Assembly (NCBI GenBank): GCA_963774265.1
Contig: CAVZDU010000005.1
Coordinates: forward strand, 384,001-448,000
Reading direction: 5' to 3'
Origin: an uncultured Chloroflexia bacterium
GTDB taxonomy: Bacteria > Chloroflexota > Anaerolineae > CG2-30-64-16
DNA: 64,000 bases
Below are positions 51,546 to 62,677 of this stretch, one piece after another. Made by a program: the position numbers and the translations under genes. The notes under the pieces were generated by a model that did no database searches, had not been told where the DNA came from, and saw only the letters and a program-made list of their open reading frames with translations. Each line of letters starts with the position of its first letter. Position 1 is the first letter of the stretch.

Positions 51546-52692
51546 CGGTTGATCGACAAGTCGTCCAGGCCTTTGAGGAGCGTTTCGGCGCGGCGCCGGC
51601 CTTTGTGGTGCGCGCGCCCGGCCGAGTCAACCTGATCGGCGAGCACACCGACTATAACGACGGGTTTGTGCTGCCACTGGCCATCGACCGGGCCGCGTGG
51701 ATCGCGCTGCGGCCCGTGCCGGGTTCGGTGGTGACCGTCCACTCCCTGGATTTCGGTGAGGTGGACACCTTCGATCTGGACCGCCTGACCCCACAACCCG
51801 GCTCGTGGGCCAATTATGTGCGCGGGGTGACCTGGGCGCTGCAGCAGCGCGGCTATACGCCGGCCGGTTGGGAGGGCGTGATGGCCGGTGATGTGCCACT
51901 GGGCGCGGGGCTCTCGTCCTCGGCCGCGCTGGAGATGGCTGTGGCGCGCGCGTTCGCGGCGGTGGCCGGCTGGCCTTGGGATGCGCCGAGCCATGGCGCT
52001 GAGCGGTCAATTGGCCGAGAATAAGTGGGTGGGTGTCAACACCGGCATCATGGACCAGATGATCTCGGCCGCGGGTGTGGCCGAACACGCGCTCCTCATC
52101 GACTGCCGTTCGCTGGACACAACGCCCATCCCGCTGCCCGCGGGCTTTGCGGTCGTTGTGCTGGATACGTCCACGCGGCGCGGGCTGGTCGGTTCGGCGT
52201 ACAACGAGCGCCGTTTGCAGTGCGAGACCGCAGCCCGCCATTTTGGGGTTAAGGCGCTGCGTGACGTCAGCGACGCGGCAACTCGAGGCGGCGAGATCCG
52301 AGCTCGATCCCCTGATCTACCGCCGCGCCCGGCATGTCGTCACTGAGAACGACCGGGTGTTACAGGCGTGCGATGCGATGCGGGCCGGCGATGCCCACGC
52401 AGCGGGCCGGCTGTTGGACGCCAGCCACGTCAGCATGCGCGACGATTTCCAGATTTCCAACCGCGAATTGGATATCTTCGTCGAGATCGCGGCGGCCCAC
52501 CCGGCGTGCGTAGGCGCACGCATGACCGGCGGCGGGTTTGGCGGGTGCGCGGTGGCCCTGGTTGGGGATGCGGGTATTCCGGGGTTCGTCAAGAGCGTGG
52601 CTGCCGAGTACACAGTTCGTACCGGCCTGTCGCCGCGCGTCTATGTTTGCCGCGCGACTAATGGCGCGGAGGCTGTGGCCTGCGCTCCTTAA
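51542..52692 (+). CDS. galK: Galactokinase, two frameshifts (near 51990 and 52278)
   Basis: [44 protein letters not shown]. Confidence 0.92.
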
Positions 52693-52699
52693 TTACGGC

Positions 52700-53896
52700 T
52701 CACACGCGTAGCCCCTTGCCCCTGGGTGCTGCGAATACCGCGTTCACCAGCGGCAGCGCAGCCAGATTCAGCGCAGCCAGGATGAGGAAGGTCGTGCGAT
52801 AGCCCACCGCATCGACCAGCATGCCTGACACTGCCAGGCCGATCCCCGTGCCCAGATTCGCAATGGCCATGAGGATGGCGAACATAGAGGCGGCGATCCG
52901 CAGGTCGGAGAACCGCATCGCGGCCGCAAAATAGACCGCTTCGTAGAAGCCGAACGCAAATCCGAACGCAATCACCAGCGGCCAGGCAATCTTCGGCCCG
53001 TTGATGAGCGCGAGCACCGCGATGGCGACGAGCGCAGCCATCAGCGCGCCCTGCACGGCGCGGCGATGTCCCAGCCGATCAGCTCGCCGCCCGCCGTCCA
53101 CCCCGCCGAGAATCACGCCCACGCCCCACGCGGCGGTGTAGAACCCCGCGGTAAGGTAAGAGATGCCGTACTCGGCCTGAAGGAACGGATTGACCACCTG
53201 GTTAGCGCCGTTGATGATGAGCGAGTAGAGCGCGCCCAGCAGCCCCAGCGCGATGACAGGCCAAGCCGCGAACGACCGGAACGCGGCCCACTCGAAGCGG
53301 CGCTCCGGCGGGCGGGCCGGCTCTCGTGTCATCAGCACGAGGGGCAACGGCAGCAGCGTCACCGCGGCCAGCGTCCAGAAAGCGATCTGCCACGACGAAA
53401 GCTGCGCCAGCGCACCAATTGCTGCGGACACGATGACCACGCCCGCCGCGCGGCCGCCCACCATGATTCCTTGCACACGGCCCTGTTCCTCTACCGTGGT
53501 GGTGTCGAGGGCGAGGCCGTCCGTGCAGGTGTCGTAGAGCGCCATGCCCGTCATAATGAAGAATGCCAGGCCGGCGAACAGCCCGAATTGCGTCGCCGGA
53601 TTCAGGAAGGGCACGATGACGAGGCCGCCGGCCTGCATGAGCAGACCCAGCACGATGTACGGGATGCGGTGGCCGCGGCCGAGCAGGTTGAAGCGGTCGC
53701 TCACCATGCCGAGGAAGATCTTGAGCACGAACGGCGTCAGCGCGATCGCGCCGAACAGCCCAATCTGCCCCATCGTGAGGTTGAACGAGAGCAGGTAGAG
53801 CGCGTTGAGCGCGGTGAAGTAGGAGAGGATGCTACCCTGTGCGAAATAGAGCAGGGCGAATAGGGCGTAGCGCGCGGTGCGGGGCATGGGCGACAC
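52700..53896 (-). CDS. MFS transporter (AmpG-like)
   Basis: LYFAQG, PFVLK, DTCTDGLA; about 12 TM. Confidence 0.85.
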   Translation of the reverse strand: MSPMPRTARYALFALLYFAQGSILSYFTALNALYLLSFNLTMGQIGLFGAIALTPFVLKIFLGMVSDRFNLLGRGHRIPYIVLGLLMQAGGLVIVPFLNPATQFGLFAGLAFFIMTGMALYDTCTDGLALDTTTVEEQGRVQGIMVGGRAAGVVIVSAAIGALAQLSSWQIAFWTLAAVTLLPLPLVLMTREPARPPERRFEWAAFRSFAAWPVIALGLLGALYSLIINGANQVVNPFLQAEYGISYLTAGFYTAAWGVGVILGGVDGGRRADRLGHRRAVQGALMAALVAIAVLALINGPKIAWPLVIAFGFAFGFYEAVYFAAAMRFSDLRIAASMFAILMAIANLGTGIGLAVSGMLVDAVGYRTTFLILAALNLAALPLVNAVFAAPRGKGLRV

Positions 53897-54012
53897 CTCT
53901 TTCAGACCGGAGCAAGAAGGGCGGAGCGGGACAGCCTTGCATGCTATTATACCGCTTGGAGCCGGAAGATATTCACCTTGAATACGATCTCACGGTGGAC
54001 CGCTGATGGGAG

Positions 54013-55038
54013 TCAGTCCGCGGTCACGGGCAGCGGGATGGTCCAGCTTGCCCCAAGGATCGGGCGGAGGCCGCGGACTTCGAGCCGGGCCTGGCTCGCG
54101 CCGCCGGATTTCCCGAACCAACCGGGATAGGGCCGGTAGATGAGTATGATCTCGCGCACGCGGTCGGGCGCCAAGAGTTCACCGCGGGATGCGCAGCAGA
54201 AGTAGACCAGGTCGCCTGCTCGACCCTGGGTATCGACGAGCTGAAAGAAGCGTTGGTCCAGGTCGAGGGCGATTGGCTGGTTGCCGGTGTTCCTTATGGC
54301 GAAGGTGAAGCTCAAGGCCGGCGTGGCGCCGTCCGTCGCGACGATCTCGCCGTACTCGAAGCGCGTCAGGCGCAGAAAATCCGTGATCGTCTCGGATGCC
54401 AGGATCCCTGGCTCGTAACGATACTCGGTCGGCGTCAGGTATTCCGGGTCGACGAACACGTAGTTCGAGACGAAGGCCACTGCGGGAAAGGGGGTTGGTC
54501 GGGCCGGCGTCCAGGTTGGCGGCGGAATGGTGGCGGTCGCAGTTGAAGGCACGAGCGTGGCGGTGGGGGATGCGGTCGCCTCGGTGCGAGCGGTCGCGCT
54601 GGGCGAGGCTTCTGCGATCGGGCCCGGTGGGGCGGTCGCCGGGCGCAGCACCAGCACCCCAATCACCGCGAGTACCAGCACGCCGGCCGCGATCGCGAGA
54701 CGCGGCCGGGGGGTCAGCATACGCCACGGCTGTGGCTGGGCCGCGATCACAAGCTCCGGCGCGGCCACAGTACTGCCCGCATGGAATGCGGCGACTGCCG
54801 CGGCCAGCTCAGCATTGTCGCCGTAGTCTTGCTGGGTGACCGTGATGACCGCGGCCACCCGATCGCGGTTCAGCGCCTCGTTCAGCACCTGGTGCCAGAC
54901 ATCGATCGCAGGGCCGTCGAAGTCGATGAAGGCCGCATCCAGGCCGGCTCCCGCGGCCACGCGCCGAGCATCGGCCTCGCGGGTGTACAGATCGGCCAGG
55001 ACGGCCTGCAAATCATTGAGTGCCGGGTCCCAGGACAT
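54013..55038 (-). CDS. EAD1-like domain + single TM + P/T stalk + extracellular beta domain
   Basis: N-term VLADLY..AGLD..IDFDG..WHQVLNEA; TM RPRLAIAAGVLVLAVIGVLVL. Confidence 0.7.
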   Translation of the reverse strand: MSWDPALNDLQAVLADLYTREADARRVAAGAGLDAAFIDFDGPAIDVWHQVLNEALNRDRVAAVITVTQQDYGDNAELAAAVAAFHAGSTVAAPELVIAAQPQPWRMLTPRPRLAIAAGVLVLAVIGVLVLRPATAPPGPIAEASPSATARTEATASPTATLVPSTATATIPPPTWTPARPTPFPAVAFVSNYVFVDPEYLTPTEYRYEPGILASETITDFLRLTRFEYGEIVATDGATPALSFTFAIRNTGNQPIALDLDQRFFQLVDTQGRAGDLVYFCCASRGELLAPDRVREIILIYRPYPGWFGKSGGASQARLEVRGLRPILGASWTIPLPVTAD

Positions 55039-55041
55039 GGG

Positions 55042-56049
55042 CTACCGCACCCCCTTGTCCGTCAGCCCCGCGATGACCACGTTGATGTGGATCCCCTGGT
55101 TGCGCATATACTTCTGGTTCGATTCCGGTTCGACCAGCCAGCCTCCCTTGTGATGCAGCGCGACGACCCGCCAATCGGTGTCGAACACTGGCGATCCCGA
55201 CGACCCTTCCAGCGTATCTGTCATGTACTGCACGCGGCGCGCATCGGCATACGCGACCACGTTGTGCGACAACGCGATCTGCTTCGGCCCGCCGCCAGGG
55301 TGCTGGACGATAATGACTTCATCGCCTTTGCGAGGGGCGCCGTCGGGGAGCGGTGCGAGCGGCAGCACACCCCACTTCGCGGCCGGATCACCCTTCACTT
55401 TGACGACGGTCCAGTCGTCGCCGCCTTGATCGTCCGTGGGCGAGGTCGCGAATACCTGATCAGGCGCCAGCTCGTAGCGATCGATGGGTTCATCGCGGCC
55501 CTCCGGCGTTTTCTGGTAGTTGAACTCTACATAAGCGGTGGCCGCGACGTCGGACGCATTGAGCACGTGGTGGTTGGTGATCAGCAGGTTGTCCGCGATC
55601 AGGAATCCGGAGCCGCTGCTGCGGTTGGCCAGGACCACGCGAGCAACCGGCCTGGAAACCTGGTAGCCGCGGAGCAGAAATCCAATCGGCCGCAGGCTGC
55701 TGACCGCGCCCGTGATCTTCTCCAACCCGGCCGCATCCGCTGGGCCGCGCCACGCGTCCTCGGTCATCTCGGGCGTGCGAACCGCCAATAGCGCATCCTG
55801 GGCGGCTAGTTGGAGCGACTGCACCTCGGGTTTCTCCTGGCGGGCCAGGTCGATGATCGCGAGCACCTTGGCGTGGTGGTCGGCCTCGGTTAGTACGCTT
55901 TGCCAGGTGTTGACCGGCCGATCGTCCCACGCGATGTACGACGGCTCCAGCCCGACGCTGGTCAGGATGCGCTCGATATCCCGGTCGCGGTAGTACAGCC
56001 GCGCGAGCAGATCGCGCAGGTTGGCCATGGTCCGATAGTCAAGGGACAT
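55042..56049 (-). CDS. EAD1-like domain + trypsin-like serine protease
   Basis: LLARLY..GL..I..WQSVLTEA; GSGFLI..ITNHHV, DWTVV, IVQHPGG, TLEGSSGSPV (His/Asp/Ser triad). Confidence 0.88.
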   Translation of the reverse strand: MSLDYRTMANLRDLLARLYYRDRDIERILTSVGLEPSYIAWDDRPVNTWQSVLTEADHHAKVLAIIDLARQEKPEVQSLQLAAQDALLAVRTPEMTEDAWRGPADAAGLEKITGAVSSLRPIGFLLRGYQVSRPVARVVLANRSSGSGFLIADNLLITNHHVLNASDVAATAYVEFNYQKTPEGRDEPIDRYELAPDQVFATSPTDDQGGDDWTVVKVKGDPAAKWGVLPLAPLPDGAPRKGDEVIIVQHPGGGPKQIALSHNVVAYADARRVQYMTDTLEGSSGSPVFDTDWRVVALHHKGGWLVEPESNQKYMRNQGIHINVVIAGLTDKGVR

Positions 56050-56117
56050 GTTTACCTCCCGGAATCCGGCATCAGACCTGTCAGCGAGGGCGGATGGTCT
56101 TCGCACACCCTGCGCAC

Positions 56118-56190
56118 AGTGTAGCATTCCGCGCGGTTAGCGTCAATAGATTTTTGTCCCATTGACACAGGCGGCTGCAGGCCGTATTAT
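56118..56190. promoter_or_regulatory. Back-to-back divergent sigma70-like promoters
   Basis: Minus: TTGACG-N17-TACACT (56146-56118); plus: TTGACA-N17-TATTAT (56162-56190). Confidence 0.68.
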
Positions 56191-56230
56191 TAGAATTGAC
56201 CACATACGCAATCTCTCGGGGCCGATAGCT

Positions 56231-58010
56231 ATGCCTCCAGATAGCGACTTCAACCGCCGCATGCGCGAGGTCCTGGCCGGGACCTACTCACAACGCGAAA
56301 CCGCCAGGTTGCTCGCACACGATGCTGGCCTGGATCTGACCCACATCGATCTTGCCAACGCGCCGGCTGTCTTCTGGCAGGCTATCGTCGAAGAAGCTGG
56401 ACGCGGTGGGCAAGGTCGAGGCGCTTCTTGTTGAGGCATGCCGCCGTGCGCCGGCTGTCGACGAGTTTGGTGCGCTGATCGAGGAATGCCGCACCCGCCA
56501 GGCGGCCGGCTGGCAGCCGGTGACCACGACTGGCCCCGATATGTCGCCTTCCGCGCGCGCCCGATGGCGCATCTCCAGACGGAAAATCGCCAGCCTGGTT
56601 GGGCTGGCGGTCATCGTGCTGGCCGCGGCTGCAGGCCTCTACTGGTGGCGCGTGCCTGCGACGATGACGGCGTCTTTCACCGTGGCCGTAGCCGAGTTCG
56701 GGTCGCTCAATGCCGACAACCAGCACCAAAGCTCGCCCTTCGAACAGGCTGTGAGCCGCATGGTGTACGACCGGTTGCAGGCGGTGCTGCCTTCACGTCC
56801 CTCGGGGAATCCAAACCCCATCCCTGATCCCCCTGAGGTCCAGATTTGGCACGACAGCTTGGGCTGGACTCAGAAACGCACCGCCCTTGGCATTGTAGAC
56901 GGAAGTTCGTCCGAGATACGGCAGACTGCAGCCCGGAGGCTGGCTGACGCCGTCTCCGCGGACGTGGTGATCTATGGCCAACTCGATGGAGAAGGCCGCG
57001 ACGCCAAATTGTGGTTGCGCATCTACGCGCCTGAACTTGCTGACAGCCGGGAACTGTTGGGCGAACAACAACTTGGGAGGCCAATCCCGGTCACCAACCC
57101 TACGCGGCCTGAGCTCGGAGTCAGCTACGAGATTACATCACGGGTTGAGGCGCTGGTTTTCATCGTGAAAGGGCTGAACTTCGAGTTTCAGGGTCAGCCC
57201 CAGGAGGCAGTCGACCCCTACAGCCGCGCCGCGCAGGTGCCTGGCTGGCACGATGACCAGGGGAAGGAGATCGCTTATTTTTTCATCGGCCGCGCGCAGT
57301 TGAAGGCTGGCAACTACGATGGGGCGACGGAGGCCTTTGAGAAATCCCTGGAGCTCAACCCGGAGTATGCGCGGCCGCAATTAGGGTTGGGCAACGTGGC
57401 GCTGGAGCGTGCGCGTCACCTGCCGGCCGACCAGTTGGACGCGCGGCTGCGCCTGGTCGACGAGGCGATCGCGCGTTACGCCAAGGCGCTTGCGGCTGCG
57501 ACCACTTCGCCGGGCGAGGCGCTAGCGGTCAAAGCCCGGCTCGACCGCTGCACCGCGTACCAGGTGCAAGCGCAAGCAGAGATGGAGGCAGGTCATTATC
57601 CCGAGGCCGATGACGCGCTCAACCTGATGATCGAGGAGGGGCAATTGGCCCTGGCCGGGGCTGACCAGGCGAAGTCTTCACCGGGACAGATCGCGGAGCT
57701 GCGCGGCCTGGCCCATTACGACCTGGCCATTGCGTTCCACCAGAAGGGATATCTGTGGTGTGGCCAGGATCTGACCCAAAGCGCCAGCTTCTACGAGGAG
57801 GCCCGAGCGCACTTCGCCGAGTGCGCCCGGTTTGCCGACATACAACTCGGCGAGAGCCATTCCAGGTTTGTTGATGACTTCAAAGCGGACTGCTCAAACC
57901 AGGAGGCCTGCACGCAACTGTGCATGAATAAGTTGCAGGGAGGACAAAGTGCCTGTTCGGACGATGTTTGCCTCAACCGCTGCCAGGCGTTATCTGCTGG
58001 GGGTGGCTAG
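56231..58010 (+). CDS. EAD1-like domain + single TM + extracellular alpha/beta domain + TPR + Cys-rich tail (frameshift near 56410)
   Basis: VLAGTY..AGLD..IDL..FWQAIVEEA|KVEALL; TM RRKIASLVGLAVIVLAAAAGLYWW; ADVVIYGQL; TPR FEKSLELNPEYA. Confidence 0.72.
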
Positions 58011-59427
58011 CCGCGCCTGGTTCGTCGTGTTGCTGTGTCTGATGGGATATGCGGGCGGAGTCCAGGCGGCCGAGAACCCGCCAGCCGCGCCGTTTTCTTG
58101 TACGGTCAGGAACGACTTCCTGCGCGCACGCCAGGGGCCGGGCGTCAACTATCCCCTGGTGAAGATGCTGCCCGCCGGCAGCCAGGTCACAGCGGACGCC
58201 CGCAATGCAGACGCGACATGGCTACACATAACTGCCTCGAATCTGAATGCCTGGGTGATGGCCGGAGACGTGGTTTGTACGGGCCAGATTAGCAAGTTGC
58301 CACTACCAAAGCCGCCGCCATCGCCGCCGCCAAAGCTGGCTGCGCTTTCCGCACAATCCAACGGTGCACCACCGTACAAGGAGCAAGAGGCTCGTTATAC
58401 TCAGGCCAACTCGCCGGTCCAGTGGGTGATCGAGTACGACGTGGATCGGGGAGGCAGAGACTATCGCCACTTCGACTTATCGGCAGCCGTGCCGGATCTT
58501 TGTCAGCTGGCGTGCCAGCGCGAGGAGCGCTGCCAGGCCTACGTCTACGCCGAGCCCGGGCTGCGGTCGGAGCGGGCCCACTGCTGGTTGAAGGATGCGA
58601 CGCCAGCGGCGGTGGCGAGTGCGGGTTTCATCTCGGGCTTCAGGACGTTCGGCGCTTGGGAAGAAGGAATCGATCGGGCCGGCAGCGATTTTGGTTCCTG
58701 GCCAGTTGGTTCCCCACAAGAGTGCATGGACCGTTGCCGGGCAGACTCGTGCTGCGCCGCGCTGGCGTACGTGCAACCGGACACGGCAGGCGGTACGGGG
58801 ACCTGCTGGCTTAAGTGGGAGGCGCCCGTGGGTGTGCGTCGCAGCGGGATTCTTTCGGCGGTCAAGCTTTTTGGAGCTATCCGTCCGCCGGGCCCCATTC
58901 CGATTGGCGCAGCGGCCGGGTGCAGCGGCAAACTGGTCTTTCGGGACGACTTCGAACGCGGCTTGGGTTCGGCATGGGCCGCCGATCCGGCGTGGCGAGT
59001 CGAGTCCCTGTCTGGCTCGTGGGTGCTGCGGGGCCGCAATCACTTTTGGGCCACGGTGCGGGGCAGCGGTTGGGGGGACTATCAGCTCTCAACCTGGTTG
59101 CTGTTGGAGCGAGGCACGATCCATCTCAACGTCCGCAAGCAGGGCCAGGATCGCTATTTCCTTGGCTTCCAGGCAGGCAACCTCTATCTGAACCGGCAGC
59201 AAGGCTCGGCCTTCCGAGACCTGACCAGGACGAGCACGCCGTTCAAATTGGGCGAGTGGCATCTGGTGCAGATGGCGGTTCGTGGCGGGCACATCGAGGT
59301 ATTCGTGGACGGCGTTGAGCAGCTTGACTATACGGATCCAAATCCGTTGGGCATCGGCACAATCGCCTTTGAAACCATTGAGAACTCGGTGGCGCAACTC
59401 GACGATGTACAGGTTTGTGTAAGGTAA
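57949..59427 (+). CDS. Secreted protein: SH3b + two PAN/Apple domains + ConA/DUF1080-like domain
   Basis: GGAGG RBS; signal peptide ..GGVQA; LRARQGPGVNY; DRGGRDY..C..C..C..CWLK twice; FRDDFE..WHLVQM..VFVDG. Confidence 0.78.
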   Translation: MPVRTMFASTAARRYLLGVASRAWFVVLLCLMGYAGGVQAAENPPAAPFSCTVRNDFLRARQGPGVNYPLVKMLPAGSQVTADARNADATWLHITASNLNAWVMAGDVVCTGQISKLPLPKPPPSPPPKLAALSAQSNGAPPYKEQEARYTQANSPVQWVIEYDVDRGGRDYRHFDLSAAVPDLCQLACQREERCQAYVYAEPGLRSERAHCWLKDATPAAVASAGFISGFRTFGAWEEGIDRAGSDFGSWPVGSPQECMDRCRADSCCAALAYVQPDTAGGTGTCWLKWEAPVGVRRSGILSAVKLFGAIRPPGPIPIGAAAGCSGKLVFRDDFERGLGSAWAADPAWRVESLSGSWVLRGRNHFWATVRGSGWGDYQLSTWLLLERGTIHLNVRKQGQDRYFLGFQAGNLYLNRQQGSAFRDLTRTSTPFKLGEWHLVQMAVRGGHIEVFVDGVEQLDYTDPNPLGIGTIAFETIENSVAQLDDVQVCVR

Positions 59428-59528
59428 AGAACAGGGAGGAAAGAGACCGTGCGGCCCCTTCCCTCCCGATTGAACTCCGGCAAAGTCGCTACCCAGATCG
59501 GTTACCCGGCCGCGTCACCGTGCCAGAC

Positions 59529-60323
59529 ATGGAAACCCAAACCGACGAAACGAGCCGGTTCATGTTCGACTTCTACACCCGCTTCTACGAGGCCGCTGCA
59601 TCCAGCGCGGCCAACGCCGAGTACTGCGACCGCGTCTATGGCCGCAACCTGTGCCAGCATGGGTTCGCCGACCTGCCCGACCTGGACGAGATGGTCCATG
59701 TCAGCGGCATTTCGGCGAGCAGTCGCGTGCTCGACCTGGGCTGCGGCAACGGCATGATCGCCGAGACCATCGCAGATCAGACCGGCGCGCACGTCACCGG
59801 GATCGACTTCATCGAGCGGGCTATTCGGGATGCGCAGGCGCGCACAGAAGCCAAGCGGGAGCGCCTGGCGTTCCTCGTGATGGACATGTCCCGCCTGGAC
59901 TTCCCGCCGGCCAGCTTCGATGTCGTCATCTCGATTGACACCCTCTACTTCGGGGACGCATACGAGACGCTGCGGCCGATCATTCCCATGCTCCGGCCTG
60001 GCGGCCGGCTGGCTGCGTTCTTCGACCAGAGCTGCGGACCAGACACGCCGCAGGAAAGCTATCCCAAGGATCTGACCCTGCCCGACAGCACCGAGCTGGC
60101 CCAGGCGCTGCAACGCCTCGGGTTATCGTATCGGACGTGGGACTACACCGGGAAGATGCTGGCGCACGTGCGCCGCAGGAAGCCGGTCCTGCAGGCCCTC
60201 AAGGCGCAGTTCGAGTCGGAGGGCAACCAGTTCCTTTACGACAGCCACCTGGGCGAGGCGAACGGGATCGAACGGGCCTACGTCAACGGCGCCGGCCGGC
60301 GGTATCTGTACCTGGCGCAGTAG
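59529..60323 (+). CDS. Class I SAM-dependent methyltransferase
   Basis: VLDLGCGNG, VTGID, FDVVISID, LRPGGRL. Confidence 0.88.
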   Translation: METQTDETSRFMFDFYTRFYEAAASSAANAEYCDRVYGRNLCQHGFADLPDLDEMVHVSGISASSRVLDLGCGNGMIAETIADQTGAHVTGIDFIERAIRDAQARTEAKRERLAFLVMDMSRLDFPPASFDVVISIDTLYFGDAYETLRPIIPMLRPGGRLAAFFDQSCGPDTPQESYPKDLTLPDSTELAQALQRLGLSYRTWDYTGKMLAHVRRRKPVLQALKAQFESEGNQFLYDSHLGEANGIERAYVNGAGRRYLYLAQ

Positions 60324-60399
60324 CCTATCAACTCCGGCGCTGGGGGCGGGATTCGGGATGCCATCCGTCCGGGCATCTTTTCACGGCGCGCGGCAGGTC

Positions 60400-62655
60400 T
60401 CAGCCGTCCACCGCATCCATCACCGCCACCGCGGCGATGTCCACGATGTCCCGCACATCGTCGCCCATCTGCAGCACGTGCACCGGCGCGCCCATGCCCA
60501 GCAGGATCGGGCCGATGGTCTCGGCGTTCCCCAGCCGCGCCAGCAACTTGTAAGCCACGTTCGCGGCTTCCAGCGAGGGGAAAACCAGCACATTGGCGTC
60601 CTTCACCTGGCTGAACGGGTAGCGCTCCTCCACGATCTCCGGCACGACCGCGGTGTCGGCCTGCATCTCGCCGTCCACCGCGAGACCGGGACAGCGCTCC
60701 CGGACCAGCTCGACGGCCCGGCGCACCTTTTCGGTCACGGGATGCCGGGTGCTGCCGAAGTTTGAGAAGGAGAGCAGCGCGACGCGGGGCTCCAGGCCGA
60801 GCCGCCGCGCAAATTCGGCTGCCAGGCAGGCGATGTCGGCCAGGTCTTCGGCAGTCGGCTCGATGTTGACCGTCGCATCGGTGAAGAGGTAGGGCCGGTC
60901 ATTCACGATCATGATGTACACGCCGGCCACCAGGCGCGAGCCGGATGCGGTATGGTGGATCTGCAGCGCGGGCCGGATGACGTCCGGGTAGTGGTGCACC
61001 AGGCCGGAGAGCGCAGCGTCGGCGTCGCCCAGCTTAACCATCATAGGCGCCAGGACGTTCGGATCGCGCATCAGCCGGCGGGCATCCTGCAGCGTCATGC
61101 CCTTGCGCTGCCGCAGCTCCTGGTAGGCCACGGCGTACACCTCGCGGCGGTCGAAGGCTTCGGGGTCCACCACCTCGGCACAGCACTCCAGCCCCAACCG
61201 ATCCAGCTCACGGTTGATCACCTCGGGCCGGCCCAGCAGGATCGGCAGCGCGATCTTTTCTTGCACCAGCCGGACTGCGGCGCGCAGGATCTTGGGTTCT
61301 TCGCCCTCGGCGAACACGACCCGCTTTCCACCGCCCGAACGTTGCGCGGCGTGGAGGAAGTGATGCCGCACCTGTTCGCCTCTGCCCAGGCGGCAGGCCA
61401 ACTGCTCGCGGTACTCGTCCAGGTCGAGCTGCCGCCGCGCGACGCCGCTCTCCATGGCCGCGGCCGCAACCGCGGGCGCCTCCCACAGGATGACGCGCGG
61501 GTCCAGCGGCTTGGGCACGATGTAGTCGGGCCCGAAGCGGAGACTCTCCAGACCGTACGCCCGCAGCACGCTATCCGGCACGTCTTCGCGCGTCAACGCA
61601 GCCAGGGCGTGGGCCGCGGCCAGCTTCATCTCCTCGTTGATGGTGCGCGCCCGCACGTCCAGCGCGCCGCGGAAGATAAACGGGAAGCCGAGCACGTTGT
61701 TGATCTGGTTGGGGTAGTCCGAGCGGCCGGTGGCGATGATCGCATCGGGACGGGCATCGCGCGCCAGCTCGTAGCGGATTTCCGGGTCAGGGTTGGCCAT
61801 TGCGAAGATCAGGGGCCGCTCGGCCATCGTCTTCACCATCTCGGGCTTCAATACATCCGCGGCCGACAAGCCGTAGAAAACGTCTGCTCCCCGCACAGCG
61901 TCCGCCAGCGTCCTGGCGTTGGTGTCCGCCGCGAAGCGTTCTTTGTACTTGTTCATCGATTCGGTCCGGCCGCGGTAGATCACCCCGCGCGAGTCCACCA
62001 TGAGGATGTTCTCGCGGGGCACACCCAGCCGCACCATCAGCTCGGAGCACGAAATCGCGGCCGCGCCCGCGCCGGAGACGCAGATCCGAATCTCATCGAT
62101 GCGCTTGCCGGTCAGCTCCAGCGCGTTGAGCAACCCCGCGGCCGAGATGATGGCTGTGCCGTGCTGGTCATCGTGGAACACCGGGATGTCCAGCGCCGCG
62201 CGCAGCGTCTGCTCGATGTCGAAGCATTCCGGCGCCTTGATGTCCTCCAGGTTGATGCCGCCGAAGGTCGGCGCGATGGCCTTGACCGTCTGGATCACAA
62301 CCTCGGGGTCGTGGCTGTCCAGCTCGATGTCGAACACGTCGATGTCGGCGAACTTTTTGAACAGGACCGCCTTGCCCTCCATGACCGGCTTGCTGGCCAG
62401 CGCGCCGCGGTCGCCCAGGCCGAGGATGGCGGTGCCGTTAGTGACCACCGCGACCAGGTTGCCCTTGGCCGTGTAGTCGTAGGCCAGATCGGCATCCCGG
62501 GCGATTTCCAGCACGGGCACAGCCACGCCGGGCGTGTACGCCAGCCCCAGGTCATACTGGGTCGCCATCGGCTTGGTGGGCACGACGGCCAGCTTGCCGG
62601 GCTTACCGCCCAGGCGGTGGTATTCGAGTGCGTCGTCGGGGGTTATTTTGCGCAT
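60400..62655 (-). CDS. maeB: NADP-dependent malic enzyme with phosphotransacetylase-like domain
   Basis: [47 protein letters not shown]. Confidence 0.95.
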   Translation of the reverse strand: MRKITPDDALEYHRLGGKPGKLAVVPTKPMATQYDLGLAYTPGVAVPVLEIARDADLAYDYTAKGNLVAVVTNGTAILGLGDRGALASKPVMEGKAVLFKKFADIDVFDIELDSHDPEVVIQTVKAIAPTFGGINLEDIKAPECFDIEQTLRAALDIPVFHDDQHGTAIISAAGLLNALELTGKRIDEIRICVSGAGAAAISCSELMVRLGVPRENILMVDSRGVIYRGRTESMNKYKERFAADTNARTLADAVRGADVFYGLSAADVLKPEMVKTMAERPLIFAMANPDPEIRYELARDARPDAIIATGRSDYPNQINNVLGFPFIFRGALDVRARTINEEMKLAAAHALAALTREDVPDSVLRAYGLESLRFGPDYIVPKPLDPRVILWEAPAVAAAAMESGVARRQLDLDEYREQLACRLGRGEQVRHHFLHAAQRSGGGKRVVFAEGEEPKILRAAVRLVQEKIALPILLGRPEVINRELDRLGLECCAEVVDPEAFDRREVYAVAYQELRQRKGMTLQDARRLMRDPNVLAPMMVKLGDADAALSGLVHHYPDVIRPALQIHHTASGSRLVAGVYIMIVNDRPYLFTDATVNIEPTAEDLADIACLAAEFARRLGLEPRVALLSFSNFGSTRHPVTEKVRRAVELVRERCPGLAVDGEMQADTAVVPEIVEERYPFSQVKDANVLVFPSLEAANVAYKLLARLGNAETIGPILLGMGAPVHVLQMGDDVRDIVDIAAVAVMDAVDG

Positions 62656-62677
62656 GAGGGCACCTCAAAGAATGGGA

